A stretch of 32,979 bases of DNA from Octopus bimaculoides (taxonomy: Eukaryota), in the NCBI RefSeq assembly GCF_001194135.2, contig NC_068993.1, positions 22,816,519-22,849,497 on the forward strand. The letters are read 5' to 3'. The notes beneath the pieces are model-generated. The model ran no database searches. It was not told the origin of the DNA and saw nothing but the letters and a program-made list of their open reading frames with translations. The stretch's first letter is position 1, and each line of letters opens with the position of its first letter. This document shows, piece by piece, positions 21,386-32,979 of the stretch. The position numbers and the translations under genes were made by a program.

Positions 21386-22024
21386 GAAAGATAATAGTCT
21401 ATCAAATAATTCTATTCGAAGTAGAGTTAACTAAACAGATAATTTTTGAGACAATATTTTAATTATTCAATTTGGTGTAGAAGCTAACCGAATTCACATG
21501 TTAATCAGTTCCAAAACATGACAATATTCATGTCTGTGAGTCAGGAAATTTGGATTGAAAAGTTATGATGATTTAATAGACTAGTCAAAATATTAGACTA
21601 ATCAGACTATCTATTTAAAGAAAGAGAATGTGATTCTGTAGGACTCATGTGTCCCTCCTTAGAATAGGACGTTTATTTAAATAGATTATTCTTAATAGAA
21701 ATCGTCAAGATTAACTCAGAGTCAAATCACCATTTCCGCTGACAATTGATCAATTGTAAAGCTGAACAATAATTATCTATCTTGAGTTCATCTTCTGATA
21801 AATCCCTGCTAGATTTCCAATGCGGTTTAGTAATTTGCAATAAATTATCAGCTATCGTTATCGCAGACTAAAGGGGTAGCGAAATTATTGACATATTTAC
21901 ACTTTCTTTGACGTCACAAAAATAACATCACATCCTCCTCATTCATATCCAGCCATGAAGTCTCAATATTATCCTATTTATCTATAATGTACAACTATCT
22001 TATTCTTATTCACAATTCATGAAA

Positions 22025-22250
22025 GTGTATGACATAATGGTTACGTTGTTGCAATGATGATCGCAAGATCGTAGTTTCAGTTCATAGACCGGGTTGTGAT
22101 CTTAAGCAAAACACTTCATCTCACATTGTTCTGTGATCACTCCTTGTACCTGTTCAGGCAACGTTGGTCCGATGAGGAGAATGAGCTAATGTATAGCACA
22201 AGCCTTTGGTTACTATAAACAAACCATTAGTGCAAGATATTGCGGAAATG
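22025..22250 (+). mobile_element. Degenerate tRNA/CORE-like SINE (family D)
   Basis: Degenerate tRNA-like head (ATGACATAATGGTT...GATCGCAAGATCGTAGTTTCAGTTC) followed by CORE-like GTGATCTTAAGCAAAACACTTCATCTCACATTG. Confidence 0.55.
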
Positions 22251-23663
22251 TCTCTTTCGGACTACACCAGTCAACCATCATTATTTACAATCTATATGTA
22301 TTACCTAAGGCCACATTCTGTACTCAGCACTCACCATAAAACGTGAATTCTGTGTAAATCTTGATTCCACTCTCTAACAACCCACTCCCCACATCTGTGA
22401 ATCTTCCAGTTATTTTTCCTATTAAGTCTCTCAACTTTTCTAACTACATCCGCTTTCTCTAGTACTATCTAGAATTCTCCAACCAACAATAAATTTTCTT
22501 TTATGTCCTTTTTCTATGGAATTCGTATACCTCACCATTCCCGTTTGTAAAGTATTTTACTTTGACGATCTCATTGTCCATAACTTGGATACCACATTCC
22601 GACCATATTGATGACGCTGGTACCGCAAACGAATCTTACTCAATTATCAATGCCAATTAGTGTCATCAGTTAGAAGTATCCCTTATTCACATACACACAG
22701 ATACACACGCAGACACCACGTTGACAGATGCACACATACACACACAAACATAAACGCAATGACAGCATTTGATGATTTTACAAAAGTCTCTCCTCTTCGA
22801 AAGGACATCCTAAATTTGGTAAAGACTGCATTGCAAAGAATGATCCGCATCTTCAAAGCTAGTTAAAAGGTAGAATGCTGCTGTTTCAACACATATATAC
22901 ACATCGAACCACACTTCACATCATTCCACTTGAATGATTAATATGAAAGTACCTTTATTCCACATACATGTCATCCCCTTCTACTTTCCTGCAACGCTAC
23001 AATAGCATCGTATACTGGAAGCTAGCTGACATCTGCCACTTTCACTCAGACACACTGGTTTCTCTTCCTCCTAGCAAACAACAACAACAACAGTGACACT
23101 GCTAACAACAACAAAGCACCATACTAATTACTACGCCAAGTTATTTCTCTTCAGAACTCTAGCCCTTTGCACATCTATAACTTCATCTGATTTTCCTGCA
23201 TTTGACAACTTGCAACAGTCTCGGTCTAAAGGATCTAGGTTAGTTTTCAACCCCACAGAAACAGTCCTTTCCTTTAGAAGAAGTCAATAAAAAGATAAAT
23301 GTTATACAATATATAGATGGCATGATAATGCTGATTTCCCGAAAAACTGAGCTCACGACTTGTTCTTTGGCCTTTGCCACTTCCAATTTCTCTCCGCATA
23401 CAGTTTTAATGAATTGACGAAAAACAATAGTAATATCACATAATCCAATTCCGTCTCTTCTATAAGAATGGGATATTCCCCTTGTATAAAAATCAATAAA
23501 CAGTGGGTATTAAATCAATAAGGAATCAATTCTTCTGGATAGATTTTCTCAATCAGGCTTATCTAGATGCATCAACAACAATATACAGGAATAAAGCGAC
23601 AACGATGCATACTTTAATGTCACACAAGTTACATATATGTATGTGTGTGTGTACATATATATA

Positions 23664-24001
23664 NNNNNNNNNNNNNNNNNNNNNNNNNNNNNNNNNNNNN
23701 NNNNNNNNNNNNNNNNNNNNNNNNNNNNNNNNNNNNNNNNNNNNNNNNNNNNNNNNNNNNNNNNNNNNNNNNNNNNNNNNNNNNNNNNNNNNNNNNNNNN
23801 NNNNNNNNNNNNNNNNNNNNNNNNNNNNNNNNNNNNNNNNNNNNNNNNNNNNNNNNNNNNNNNNNNNNNNNNNNNNNNNNNNNNNNNNNNNNNNNNNNNN
23901 NNNNNNNNNNNNNNNNNNNNNNNNNNNNNNNNNNNNNNNNNNNNNNNNNNNNNNNNNNNNNNNNNNNNNNNNNNNNNNNNNNNNNNNNNNNNNNNNNNNN
24001 N
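23664..24001. other. Assembly gap within (AT)n
   Basis: N characters flanked by TA repeats. Confidence 1.
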
Positions 24002-24055
<54 letters not shown>

Positions 24056-24583
24056 ATGTGTTCGTATGCATGTTTTTGCTTGTGTGTGCATTGACATATG
24101 GCAATGCATGCTATTAGTTTGCAGCTCTAAATAATTGCTTTGGCGCTGTGAAATTCCCCGGTGGCTGGTGAAAGGTCATTTTCTCAATCGTCATCGGTTC
24201 TTCGCTGCCTTCTATACTCTAGCTCATCCTACTTCATCCTTCCGTAATTTATCAGTTGACCTTTATAGTTATCTATTACGTTCACTTCCTACACATTTCT
24301 CACATTCATTCAACCACTCTTTCATCTCGTCATTCAATCATTTACTCAATCTGCAACGGCCATTGTAATTCTTTCACTCCATAACCATTATGCACGTCCA
24401 ACGTTAGCATTGCTACAGTTCTGCTCTCTTATGTGAATTCATATACACACATGCTTGCAACAATTACATATACTCGCATACATGTGTTTTGATGACAATT
24501 TCTAGCGTTAAAAATGATTGTTGTTCATGTTTTTCTGAATAAGATTAATGAACTAAATCGAAGATGAGATTACTGGCCACGCA

Positions 24584-24586
<3 letters not shown>

Positions 24587-24625
<39 letters not shown>
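24587..24625. repeat. (CA)n microsatellite running into a gap
   Basis: Seen directly. Confidence 0.98.
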
Positions 24626-25209
24626 NNNNNNNNNNNNNNNNNNNNNNNNNNNNNNNNNNNNNNNNNNNNNNNNNNNNNNNNNNNNNNNNNNNNNNNNNNN
24701 NNNNNNNNNNNNNNNNNNNNNNNNNNNNNNNNNNNNNNNNNNNNNNNNNNNNNNNNNNNNNNNNNNNNNNNNNNNNNNNNNNNNNNNNNNNNNNNNNNNN
24801 NNNNNNNNNNNNNNNNNNNNNNNNNNNNNNNNNNNNNNNNNNNNNNNNNNNNNNNNNNNNNNNNNNNNNNNNNNNNNNNNNNNNNNNNNNNNNNNNNNNN
24901 NNNNNNNNNNNNNNNNNNNNNNNNNNNNNNNNNNNNNNNNNNNNNNNNNNNNNNNNNNNNNNNNNNNNNNNNNNNNNNNNNNNNNNNNNNNNNNNNNNNN
25001 NNNNNNNNNNNNNNNNNNNNNNNNNNNNNNNNNNNNNNNNNNNNNNNNNNNNNNNNNNNNNNNNNNNNNNNNNNNNNNNNNNNNNNNNNNNNNNNNNNNN
25101 NNNNNNNNNNNNNNNNNNNNNNNNNNNNNNNNNNNNNNNNNNNNNNNNNNNNNNNNNNNNNNNNNNNNNNNNNNNNNNNNNNNNNNNNNNNNNNNNNNNN
25201 NNNNNNNNN
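24626..25209. other. Assembly gap (N-run)
   Basis: N characters. Confidence 1.
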
Positions 25210-25385
25210 GCCATATTTTTCAAATCCTGGCAACAATGCTGTAGCTGCAAGCAGGATAATAATCTAATTCGCCACTTTATCACATTCAAGAATATAAACA
25301 TGTTTTTAAGCACAACACACGTGGAGTCAAAAAGAAACACTGCCTTTTACCAGCGCACCAGGTTCTCCACTGCGTGAACCACAGT

Positions 25386-25386
<1 letters not shown>

Positions 25387-25423
<37 letters not shown>
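25387..25423. repeat. (CT)n microsatellite
   Basis: Seen directly. Confidence 0.98.
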
Positions 25424-25426
<3 letters not shown>

Positions 25427-25670
25427 AGCGTGCAGCTTCCTATCTCGGAATTTTTTCATAAAGTAGGGGATGTCTACTGACATTAAACTTAAGGATTATA
25501 TAATGTACGAATATAAAGAAAGAATTAAAGAAAGCCGGGCCCATTATATTGAATGTTATCGATAATATCGAATGGAAATAGGAGGTACTGCTTGTGGGAG
25601 TAGGTTCCTCTGACATAAAACACATTAGCATTGCTGCGATAGATATCGTATTTTAGTTTATCACCAAGGC

Positions 25671-25763
25671 CTGTCGACAATGCTCCTTCAAAATTTTTAA
25701 GTCGAGAACAGCCTCTATGACTATTATCTCGACTTTAAAATTTTGAAGGAGCATTGTCGACAG
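25671..25763. repeat. Near-perfect 37-bp inverted repeat with 19-nt loop
   Basis: CTGTCGACAATGCTCCTTCAAAATTTTTAAGTCGAGA versus the reverse complement of 25727-25763: one mismatch. Confidence 0.95.
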
Positions 25764-25866
25764 TTTTCATCAGCGATGGTACTCGTTCAGCGGATAGTTA
25801 TTAACATACACGCACACATGCATGCACACAAACTCACACACTCATGCACGCACACATAACTGCAGG

Positions 25867-25907
25867 CGCACACACGCATCCCTCCGTAGGCTGGATGCGT
25901 GTGTGCG
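25867..25907. repeat. Perfect 15-bp inverted repeat with 11-nt loop
   Basis: CGCACACACGCATCC-N11-GGATGCGTGTGTGCG. Confidence 0.9.
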
Positions 25908-26481
25908 TGTACGTTGGTGCACCGAAGTATATATTCCGTGTTAAATATACAGAGATAATTTGTGTGTTATGGAGTAAGTTTTCCGTAATTAGAGTCATCC
26001 ATTAATGTATTGTTATGCACAGTGTTTAGACTGTTAGTCTCCAGTTTTAGAATTTTGTACAGAAATATGCTGTCATGTAACTTCATAATGTATTGTATAG
26101 GCGCATATTCATTTACATAATCACACGGCTTCTTGAACTTCTAATTGTCTTCATCAGCTATACTTCCGACGTATCTATGTCTTGGTGGTGTTCTCTGAAT
26201 CAATAATCTTATCTATTATAGTCTATAATATCTACTCAATTTGTTCTGAATAGGCGCTTTTTTAATGCTGAGATATTGTGACGGTTAAAGTGAGACCGAA
26301 CTGTAACAGCATATATTAACTTTCTCCAGTATCACAATTAGGGGTTACTACAACATGGTTCTCGTTTGGAGATCCTAAACAAGAAGGAAATTCGAAGGAA
26401 CTGGCAATGTTCGGCATCTGTAAGAATTAGTTATTGGGAAAATGTGTTCAGGTGTTCATGCTATTGTGTTTAACGTTTCAG

Positions 26482-26583
26482 GTGTTGTCATCTGTCTGAG
26501 AATTCAGAAAAATGGCATGGCTATTGCTTGGAAGACAAATAAATGAAAGGAGTTCGGGTCATGATATGCGATCATTTGAAGAG
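26482..26583 (+). CDS. Candidate first coding exon (ATG at 26512; MAWLLLGRQINERSSGHDMRSFEE)
   Basis: Acceptor tttaacgtttcag|G, donor GAG|gttagt, ATG in AAAATGG context, phase 0 end. Confidence 0.35.
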
Positions 26584-26934
26584 GTTAGTAGCATGAGAGG
26601 GAAAACATATAGCAATCTAGGAACATGAAAGGCAAAGTAAAAGACAGAAGTACCAGCAAAGGCAAAACATAAAAAAAACGTGAAGTGTTCAGGCAAAGAG
26701 GGATATAGAAGGAAAAAAAAATAGTATTTAAAGCCGGAAGCAAAGATAAACCGCGCTAAGAACCTATCACTGAATTATAATATCCAATTATTCTGACACT
26801 GCACTGATTTAAATGTCCAGTCAGTGCTTCTTGCTCTAAATGACTCAGTCAGTAATGTGATATAAGAAATACTTAGTCTTAACTTCAGTCGCAGTTTCAC
26901 TCATTTCACTATCCTGAACATTCATCTCTTATAG

Positions 26935-26955
26935 GGCATCCCTTCAACTTTCCAG
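26935..26955 (+). CDS. Candidate 21-nt microexon (GIPSTFQ in phase 0)
   Basis: Acceptor ttcatctcttatag|G, donor CAG|gtaaga. Phase-compatible with 26482-26583. Confidence 0.35.
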
Positions 26956-27174
26956 GTAAGATGAAATGCCATACAATAAGGTCCACCGAATCGCACCATA
27001 TAGTACTAATGGCCAGTATATAATACAAAATATCCAAATGTAGTTATCTCTCTATAATTCTTTGAACGCGCGCAGATAGATCCAAGACGAAACTATAGAT
27101 GTCATATCAGGAGATAGGAATGTCAGATGAATGCAATTTTTATGAATATTGATATCGAGGAACTGTTGTTCTAG

Positions 27175-27241
27175 TTTTATCCGAAGTATTTCTTGAAGGA
27201 GGGATACTCAACACGTTACGGGACTTGACTGGAAAATTAAG
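27175..27241 (+). CDS. Candidate exon (LSEVFLEGGILNTLRDLTGKL)
   Basis: Acceptor gttgttctag|, donor AAG|gttagc, single open frame (phase 1 to phase 2). Confidence 0.22.
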
Positions 27242-28795
27242 GTTAGCATAGTGAGGATTTGGTCCTAATGGTTCATCGTCATGGGTTAAAATGTCATTCT
27301 GAATACAGATGAACCTTCTCAACAGAGATAGCGTTTAGATTGCTCATTTAAGTTATAGGGTCGAATGGGACGCCACTATCTTGACTGAAAAAAACCTAAG
27401 ATCAACGAACATGGTCTTCGATCTGAATGGACATATCATAATAAACCCGAAATTGTAATATAAAATGGTCAAATCCTTCAATCGCATGAAATAAACTTAA
27501 ATAAGTGTATATTCAGTAACAAAAGTCAACAGATAGTTCTTATTAGATGCTAGACGATGAGCGTAAAATCGAGACTTCTGTAGTCAAAGTGTCATGTGTA
27601 ACTGATGAGCTAATATGGTTGTGGAGGATAATATATGTTTTGGCAAATAGGACAGCCAGGAATGACTAATGTCGATCGCACAATACAAAACCGTTAGCTC
27701 GAATACAATAATTTAGCCATGTAATGTCTGAGTGACAACGAGATTTACAAAGTTCTAAGAGTTTACCTTGCAAAGTGAAACTACAAACAACACTCGAAAA
27801 TATATCTCTGGTAATGATTAAGGTATCCAGGAGTATGTAACACGTTGAATTAGATGGCATGAGTACTAATTGCCAGCGAGATATTTTTCAGTTTTTATCT
27901 CCACTTGTCTGTGCATTCATCTCTTTTATTTGGACGTACAAGCTATGCACTTCTGATCAGTTGCTAGAAAAATTTTTGTTGCATCTATACCAACAATTGA
28001 TAATAACTACTTCGAGTATGCTGAGAAATCAAATCTATAATTTTATCTTCCGTTGGCACACTTTGTATGAGTGCATAAAAGATTAATCTTCAGAATGAAA
28101 CACGAAATGTAATCACCACCATAAGTAGCAGTTGCAAGACCTTTAAAATTTCAGCCTAACTTAAGTTCTGAAGGAATCCTATGCACGGACTCCAATAACG
28201 ATTTTCTGGAAGTGGCAAGCTTGTGTTGCACTATAATTTTATTCTTCTAAATGAAAGCATTTATTGAAGCAGTTCAGATGTCAATATAGGTAATGCATTC
28301 AGAGTGAACGAGCAGCGCCCACGTCTTCCAGAAAGTATGCGAGATTGATAAAGATAAAGTAAAGGAAGAACGCACGGCTTATGTGACATTGGTTTTTGGA
28401 AACAGTCTAATCAATTTCAAAAAAATATTACTAGAGAGTAGACTGGTTATAATGCTTGTCACAGATTAGATATCAACTGCGAAAGCTACACGCACACATA
28501 CATGTTTGTATGTATATACACATTAGTGATTTGCTAAATCATCCATAGATTTCCATGTTGAAAACAGATATGCTGATAAAGAATTAAATCCCGAATCTGC
28601 AGAGTCGAGAGGGTCCTTACTGATGAGGCATCGGAAATTACCGAAACTGACTGTCAGTATCAGGAACTCTCAAACAATGTTTTCGAACGATTACAGTCCT
28701 TGTCAGGATAATTTTATACAATTATGTGCTTATTTCATACTATGTTACACCCTAGTAACATTTAGTGACATTTATATATATATATATATAAGATC

Positions 28796-29201
28796 NNNNN
28801 NNNNNNNNNNNNNNNNNNNNNNNNNNNNNNNNNNNNNNNNNNNNNNNNNNNNNNNNNNNNNNNNNNNNNNNNNNNNNNNNNNNNNNNNNNNNNNNNNNNN
28901 NNNNNNNNNNNNNNNNNNNNNNNNNNNNNNNNNNNNNNNNNNNNNNNNNNNNNNNNNNNNNNNNNNNNNNNNNNNNNNNNNNNNNNNNNNNNNNNNNNNN
29001 NNNNNNNNNNNNNNNNNNNNNNNNNNNNNNNNNNNNNNNNNNNNNNNNNNNNNNNNNNNNNNNNNNNNNNNNNNNNNNNNNNNNNNNNNNNNNNNNNNNN
29101 NNNNNNNNNNNNNNNNNNNNNNNNNNNNNNNNNNNNNNNNNNNNNNNNNNNNNNNNNNNNNNNNNNNNNNNNNNNNNNNNNNNNNNNNNNNNNNNNNNNN
29201 N
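28796..29201. other. Assembly gap within (AT)n
   Basis: N characters. Confidence 1.
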
Positions 29202-29202
29202 N

Positions 29203-29251
<49 letters not shown>

Positions 29252-29390
29252 GCATACATATACACACATTTATATATATAAACATATATATATCTATATA
29301 TATACACGCACACACACACAAATACATACACACGCATATACCGACACACACAAAGACTCACTCACACACACATACACAAACAGACACAAA
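29202..29390. repeat. (AT)n followed by degenerate CA/TA tract
   Basis: Seen directly. Confidence 0.9.
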
Positions 29391-30694
29391 CCAATTTATG
29401 ATCTTACTAAAAAATCAGTATATTTTTAGCAATTTTAAAGTAAGTTAGATCGAACTACCAGAATGGACAGATACGCATTTCATAGACAAGAAACATTAAA
29501 CGCAAAAATGATCTCGGTTGAATTTGAACTGAAAACATAAACTGTGCAAGAAGTATATAATATAAGACGTATTATCGGATATTCTACCGTTGCTGCCATC
29601 AATCAATTTTCATATATAAAAGATATACGTTGAAAACCCATACACAGTTTCTATATATTGTGTGAAACCTAACACACATACAGAAGCAAGGTAATATTCA
29701 TATTTGCGTCAATAGGTGAAATTGTAAACCTCATTCAATAAAACGTGTATTAATTTCATTTCCTAACATGTTGATGTAATTTTAGTTTTACATACACACG
29801 CTGAACATTATGAAGCAAACAACGTAATGACTTATTCACACGTACAAAACATAGTATGATACCAGAACACAAAATAATACTCGTCGCAGCTTGTTGGCTC
29901 AACAAAGAAAGGAAAGAACAAATAAAGAAATGTCAATAGATCGAATTTTGCTGTGACCTCCTAAACGAAATGTGCTTAATACGTTTTAGATAAGCACCTC
30001 AACAAAACATATGATTAGTAACAGATGTGGAGCAGTGAAATGAATTTCAGTCGTCACTGAATTAGCCGCTATGTTTACTTCTTTATTAGTTTTCTTAATA
30101 TTCTCCTTTCTATCATTTCGATTGAGTGACAGTTATAAGAGCATTTTGTGTTGCTTAGGAAAATAAATAAAACTTTCTTTTAAAAGTAACTACAGATCTC
30201 AATGCCATATTGCCATATGTATGTGTGTACATTGTCAGTTTGTCTGAGGTGAGGTGGAGATTATAGCAAAATTATGAGTTAAAATAATTGAACAATGTGT
30301 ACTAGTTCCATCCTTTGTAATTTGACAGAAAAGAGCAACTGAGCTAAATTTGTTTTGTTATTAGCTTGGTTTGAAGGTAGAAATGCCATTTTCCTTCACA
30401 TTTACTTCGGATGCGGGTGCATTCGACTTTGATAAAAAGAAAGCTCCATCACAGTTTAAGGCGTGCAATATACAATGGCAATCACCAAGTAATGACATAA
30501 GTTCGTGTTGTTATTTAATCCGAGATTAGATTTGACTGAGCAGACATGTTGCAATTATTAGGTTCAAATCCACATATCCGTTTCATAGTTATACTAAGTC
30601 TATACTTTATGAAGCATAGTGACACTTCGTCATAAATTATTGCATGGGACACAATAATTTATGTGCGAAAGTGTAATATGTTTTTGTACTGTTT

Positions 30695-30870
30695 TATTCT
30701 TTTACATTTTTCAGTCATTTGACTGCGACTATGCTGGAACATTGCTTTAAAGGGTTTTAGTCGAACAAATCGACTCCAGGACTAATTCGTTGTAAGCCTA
30801 GCACTTATTGTATCCGTCTCTTTTGCCGAAAAGCTATGGTTACGGGGACGTAAAGACACCAATATCTGTT
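30695..30870 (-). mobile_element. CORE-like SINE (family A), 3' half only, reverse
   Basis: TTTCAGTCATTTGACTGCGACTATGCTGG...GTCGAACAAATCGACTCCAGGACT...GGGGACGTAAAGACACC. Confidence 0.88.
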
Positions 30871-30920
30871 AAGTAAATACTATAATTGGGCATTCGTTTG
30901 TTTTTTTTTGCTTCTTTCAG

Positions 30921-30959
30921 AATGTATTCCACATGAGTTATAAATGCTTAAGAAGTGTA
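30921..30959 (+). CDS. Candidate 39-nt exon ([13 protein letters not shown], phase 0 to phase 0)
   Basis: Very strong acceptor gtttgtttttttttgcttctttcag|, donor GTA|gtacgt. Confidence 0.3.
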
Positions 30960-30979
30960 GTACGTCATTCTTACTCTCT

Positions 30980-30983
<4 letters not shown>

Positions 30984-31037
<54 letters not shown>

Positions 31038-31040
31038 GTA

Positions 31041-31093
<53 letters not shown>

Positions 31094-31094
31094 A

Positions 31095-31143
<49 letters not shown>
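30984..31143. repeat. Compound microsatellite (CT)n(CTGT)n(CTAT)n
   Basis: Seen directly. Confidence 0.97.
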
Positions 31144-31283
31144 CACTCTTATGTCTCGATCGATTTTTGTCCCCAGTTCAGTTCTGGCTTGTAATTTGCT
31201 ACTTACAAATGCAAGCGACTCATGAATTATTAGTAATAACGTGTAGAGAAAATAACGCTTGGTAAATATTATTAGGACTTGTT

Positions 31284-31441
31284 CATTTCTTCCGTCTTTA
31301 AGCTCTGAGTTCAAATTCCGCCGGGGTCGACTTTGCCTTTCACTATTTCGGTGTCGATGAAGTAAGTACCAGCTTTGCACTAAGGTCGATAACAACGACT
31401 TACACCCACTCTCGAAATTTTGTCCAAATTTGAAACCAATG
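31284..31441 (+). mobile_element. tRNA SINE (family B variant), 5'-truncated
   Basis: CTGAGTTCAAATTCCGCCGGGGTCGACTTTGCCTTTCA...AAGTACCAG...CAAATTTGAAACCAAT. Confidence 0.87.
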
Positions 31442-31824
31442 TCCTATGCTCTATATGAGATTATAATAGCTGTCGGTTTACTATATTCTGCTGAAGATAT
31501 CCAGTAACAATAAAGTATATTCAGAAATATCATCATATAAATTAATAAGCCGACGGATTCACCTTTGCATTTCATTTAAAACTGTGATCATCTGAAATCT
31601 CGAGAATTATTTCCTCTACCACTTTTAATAATAGCATATATGTATGCATGCATCTTTATTACTTTCCATTATCCTGATATTATATAGCGTAAATTTCCAA
31701 AAGAGAAGAGATACTTCCAGAGTAGGAAACCAGATAAATTAACTACAATAATACGATTACTAAAATTAGAAGTACATGTGGTCTCTCCCATAGAAGTTAT
31801 ATTAGTTTCATTGAGAAGGAGTAA

Positions 31825-31970
31825 GGCGTTTAAATCACCCCTAGTGCTGAACTGGAACGTCTTTTATCGAGCCTGAAAGGTTGAAAGGAAAAGTCACCTC
31901 AGACGTTAAGTTGGAAGAAATGCTAAGTATTTTTTTCTTGTGCGATAACGTTTCTTCCACCTCACCGCCT
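31825..31970 (-). mobile_element. Degenerate family-B SINE, reverse
   Basis: Reverse complement begins AAGGCGGTGAGGTGGAAGAAACGTT and includes ACTTTTCCTTTCAACCTTTCAGGCTCGATAAAAG. Confidence 0.7.
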
Positions 31971-32039
31971 TATAAAGGATATAAAATATTGCTTATTGTG
32001 TAAAAAAAACAACGGTTACCTGATGAGTATTGATATGTG

Positions 32040-32122
32040 CGTAGGTGTGTGTGCATGCGTGCATGTGTGTGTTTGTGTGTGTGTGTGTGTGAGTTTGTGC
32101 ATATGTGTGAGTATGTGCTTAT
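32040..32122. repeat. Degenerate (TG)n microsatellite
   Basis: Seen directly. Confidence 0.9.
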
Positions 32123-32943
32123 GTACAATTTAATAAAGCTTTTGCAATACAGATAGACATGATAAATTGGAACAAAATCATAGTAAATGCCATCACCAGA
32201 ACTCGCCCATGGGGAAAACATTTAAAATAAATAAGTAGATATCATATACAGCAATTTCCATCAGAAAAAGAAAAGAAGGAAAAAGTTAAAAGGAAACGAA
32301 ATGAGAAATTTAATTTTAAAGTGATAACAACATCCATGAATCAAAAATTCAGAAAAATAGTCACTTACACATAATTATTTAAAAAACCACATAAATAAAG
32401 ATGAATAATAGAATAAATCAAAGAGTAATCAAATAGTATATGCCCTCGCAGATTCCTCTCTAACGGCAGCGGCTCAGAAGCCTCAAAAACTAATTATTTT
32501 ATACATGAATTGGGCATATGAAGTCATTAATCAGTTTTCGATAGTAGGAATTGTTCGTAATTATTAAATCGAATTGTAACAAAAACTTCAAATCTGATGA
32601 AATGAGCAACAATGAGAAGTATATAAATAGAGAAGAAACAAACAAAATATCTCCCAAGGATAATAAATAAATGATAGTTGCCTTCCAAAATATATAATGG
32701 AATTGTGTCAGTGATAAGTGACAGATTTACGACAGATGTTTTTGACATTTTACAGTATAGAGTACTATAAAAGAAATGAAGCAAAAGTGAATTTAATTGT
32801 TTATTTCTGCGGCGATCATGAATCTCTTACCCTGTAATTATATACATTAGACACCGATGAATACTCTAAAGTGTTAGACAACCATTTAAAGCGTTTAGGT
32901 GTGAAGGCAAATCTCGGTCTACCTACATTCAATTGATTTTACA

Positions 32944-32945
<2 letters not shown>

Positions 32946-32979
<34 letters not shown>
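32946..32979. repeat. (AT)n microsatellite at window end
   Basis: Seen directly. Confidence 0.98.

Noticed and set aside
28612-28670. Second hammerhead-like string CTGATGA...CCGAAACTGACTGTC
   Set aside because: Bases after the putative GUC do not pair with those before CTGATGA (no stem I), and stem II is poor, so it is most likely chance.
30364-30487. Further exon candidate (LGLKVEMPFSFTFTSDAGAFDFDKKKAPSQFKACNIQWQSP)
   Set aside because: Splice signals are only moderate and there is no independent support, so I cannot distinguish it from chance.

Overview
AT-rich eukaryotic genomic DNA from a gappy short-read assembly, with nine N-runs, most of them flanked by or lying inside microsatellites. 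The SINE families present (tRNA-headed, one with a CORE-like domain) and the density of TA/TG/AG repeats match what I recall of an octopod cephalopod genome; this is inference, not a database result. There is no complete recognisable protein-coding gene, rRNA, true tRNA or CRISPR array. Most ORFs in the supplied track are artefacts of N-runs or microsatellites. Well-supported coding sequence is confined to dead transposons: an RTE-type LINE reverse transcriptase fragment (minus strand, ~10060-11330), a rosa/DD41D-like Tc1/mariner copy (~15210-16521) and an internally deleted mariner with long TIRs (18838-19434). About a dozen SINE copies from at least four families are present, along with several stand-alone palindromic or fold-back elements. 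Short segments bounded by splice signals may be exons of unidentified host genes. The most interesting observation is a tRNA-headed SINE at ~7486-7700. Its 3' part carries a minimal hammerhead-ribozyme core of the kind found in Penelope-like elements, and its 5' end is an inverted self-duplication, suggesting a Penelope-mobilised, ribozyme-bearing SINE.
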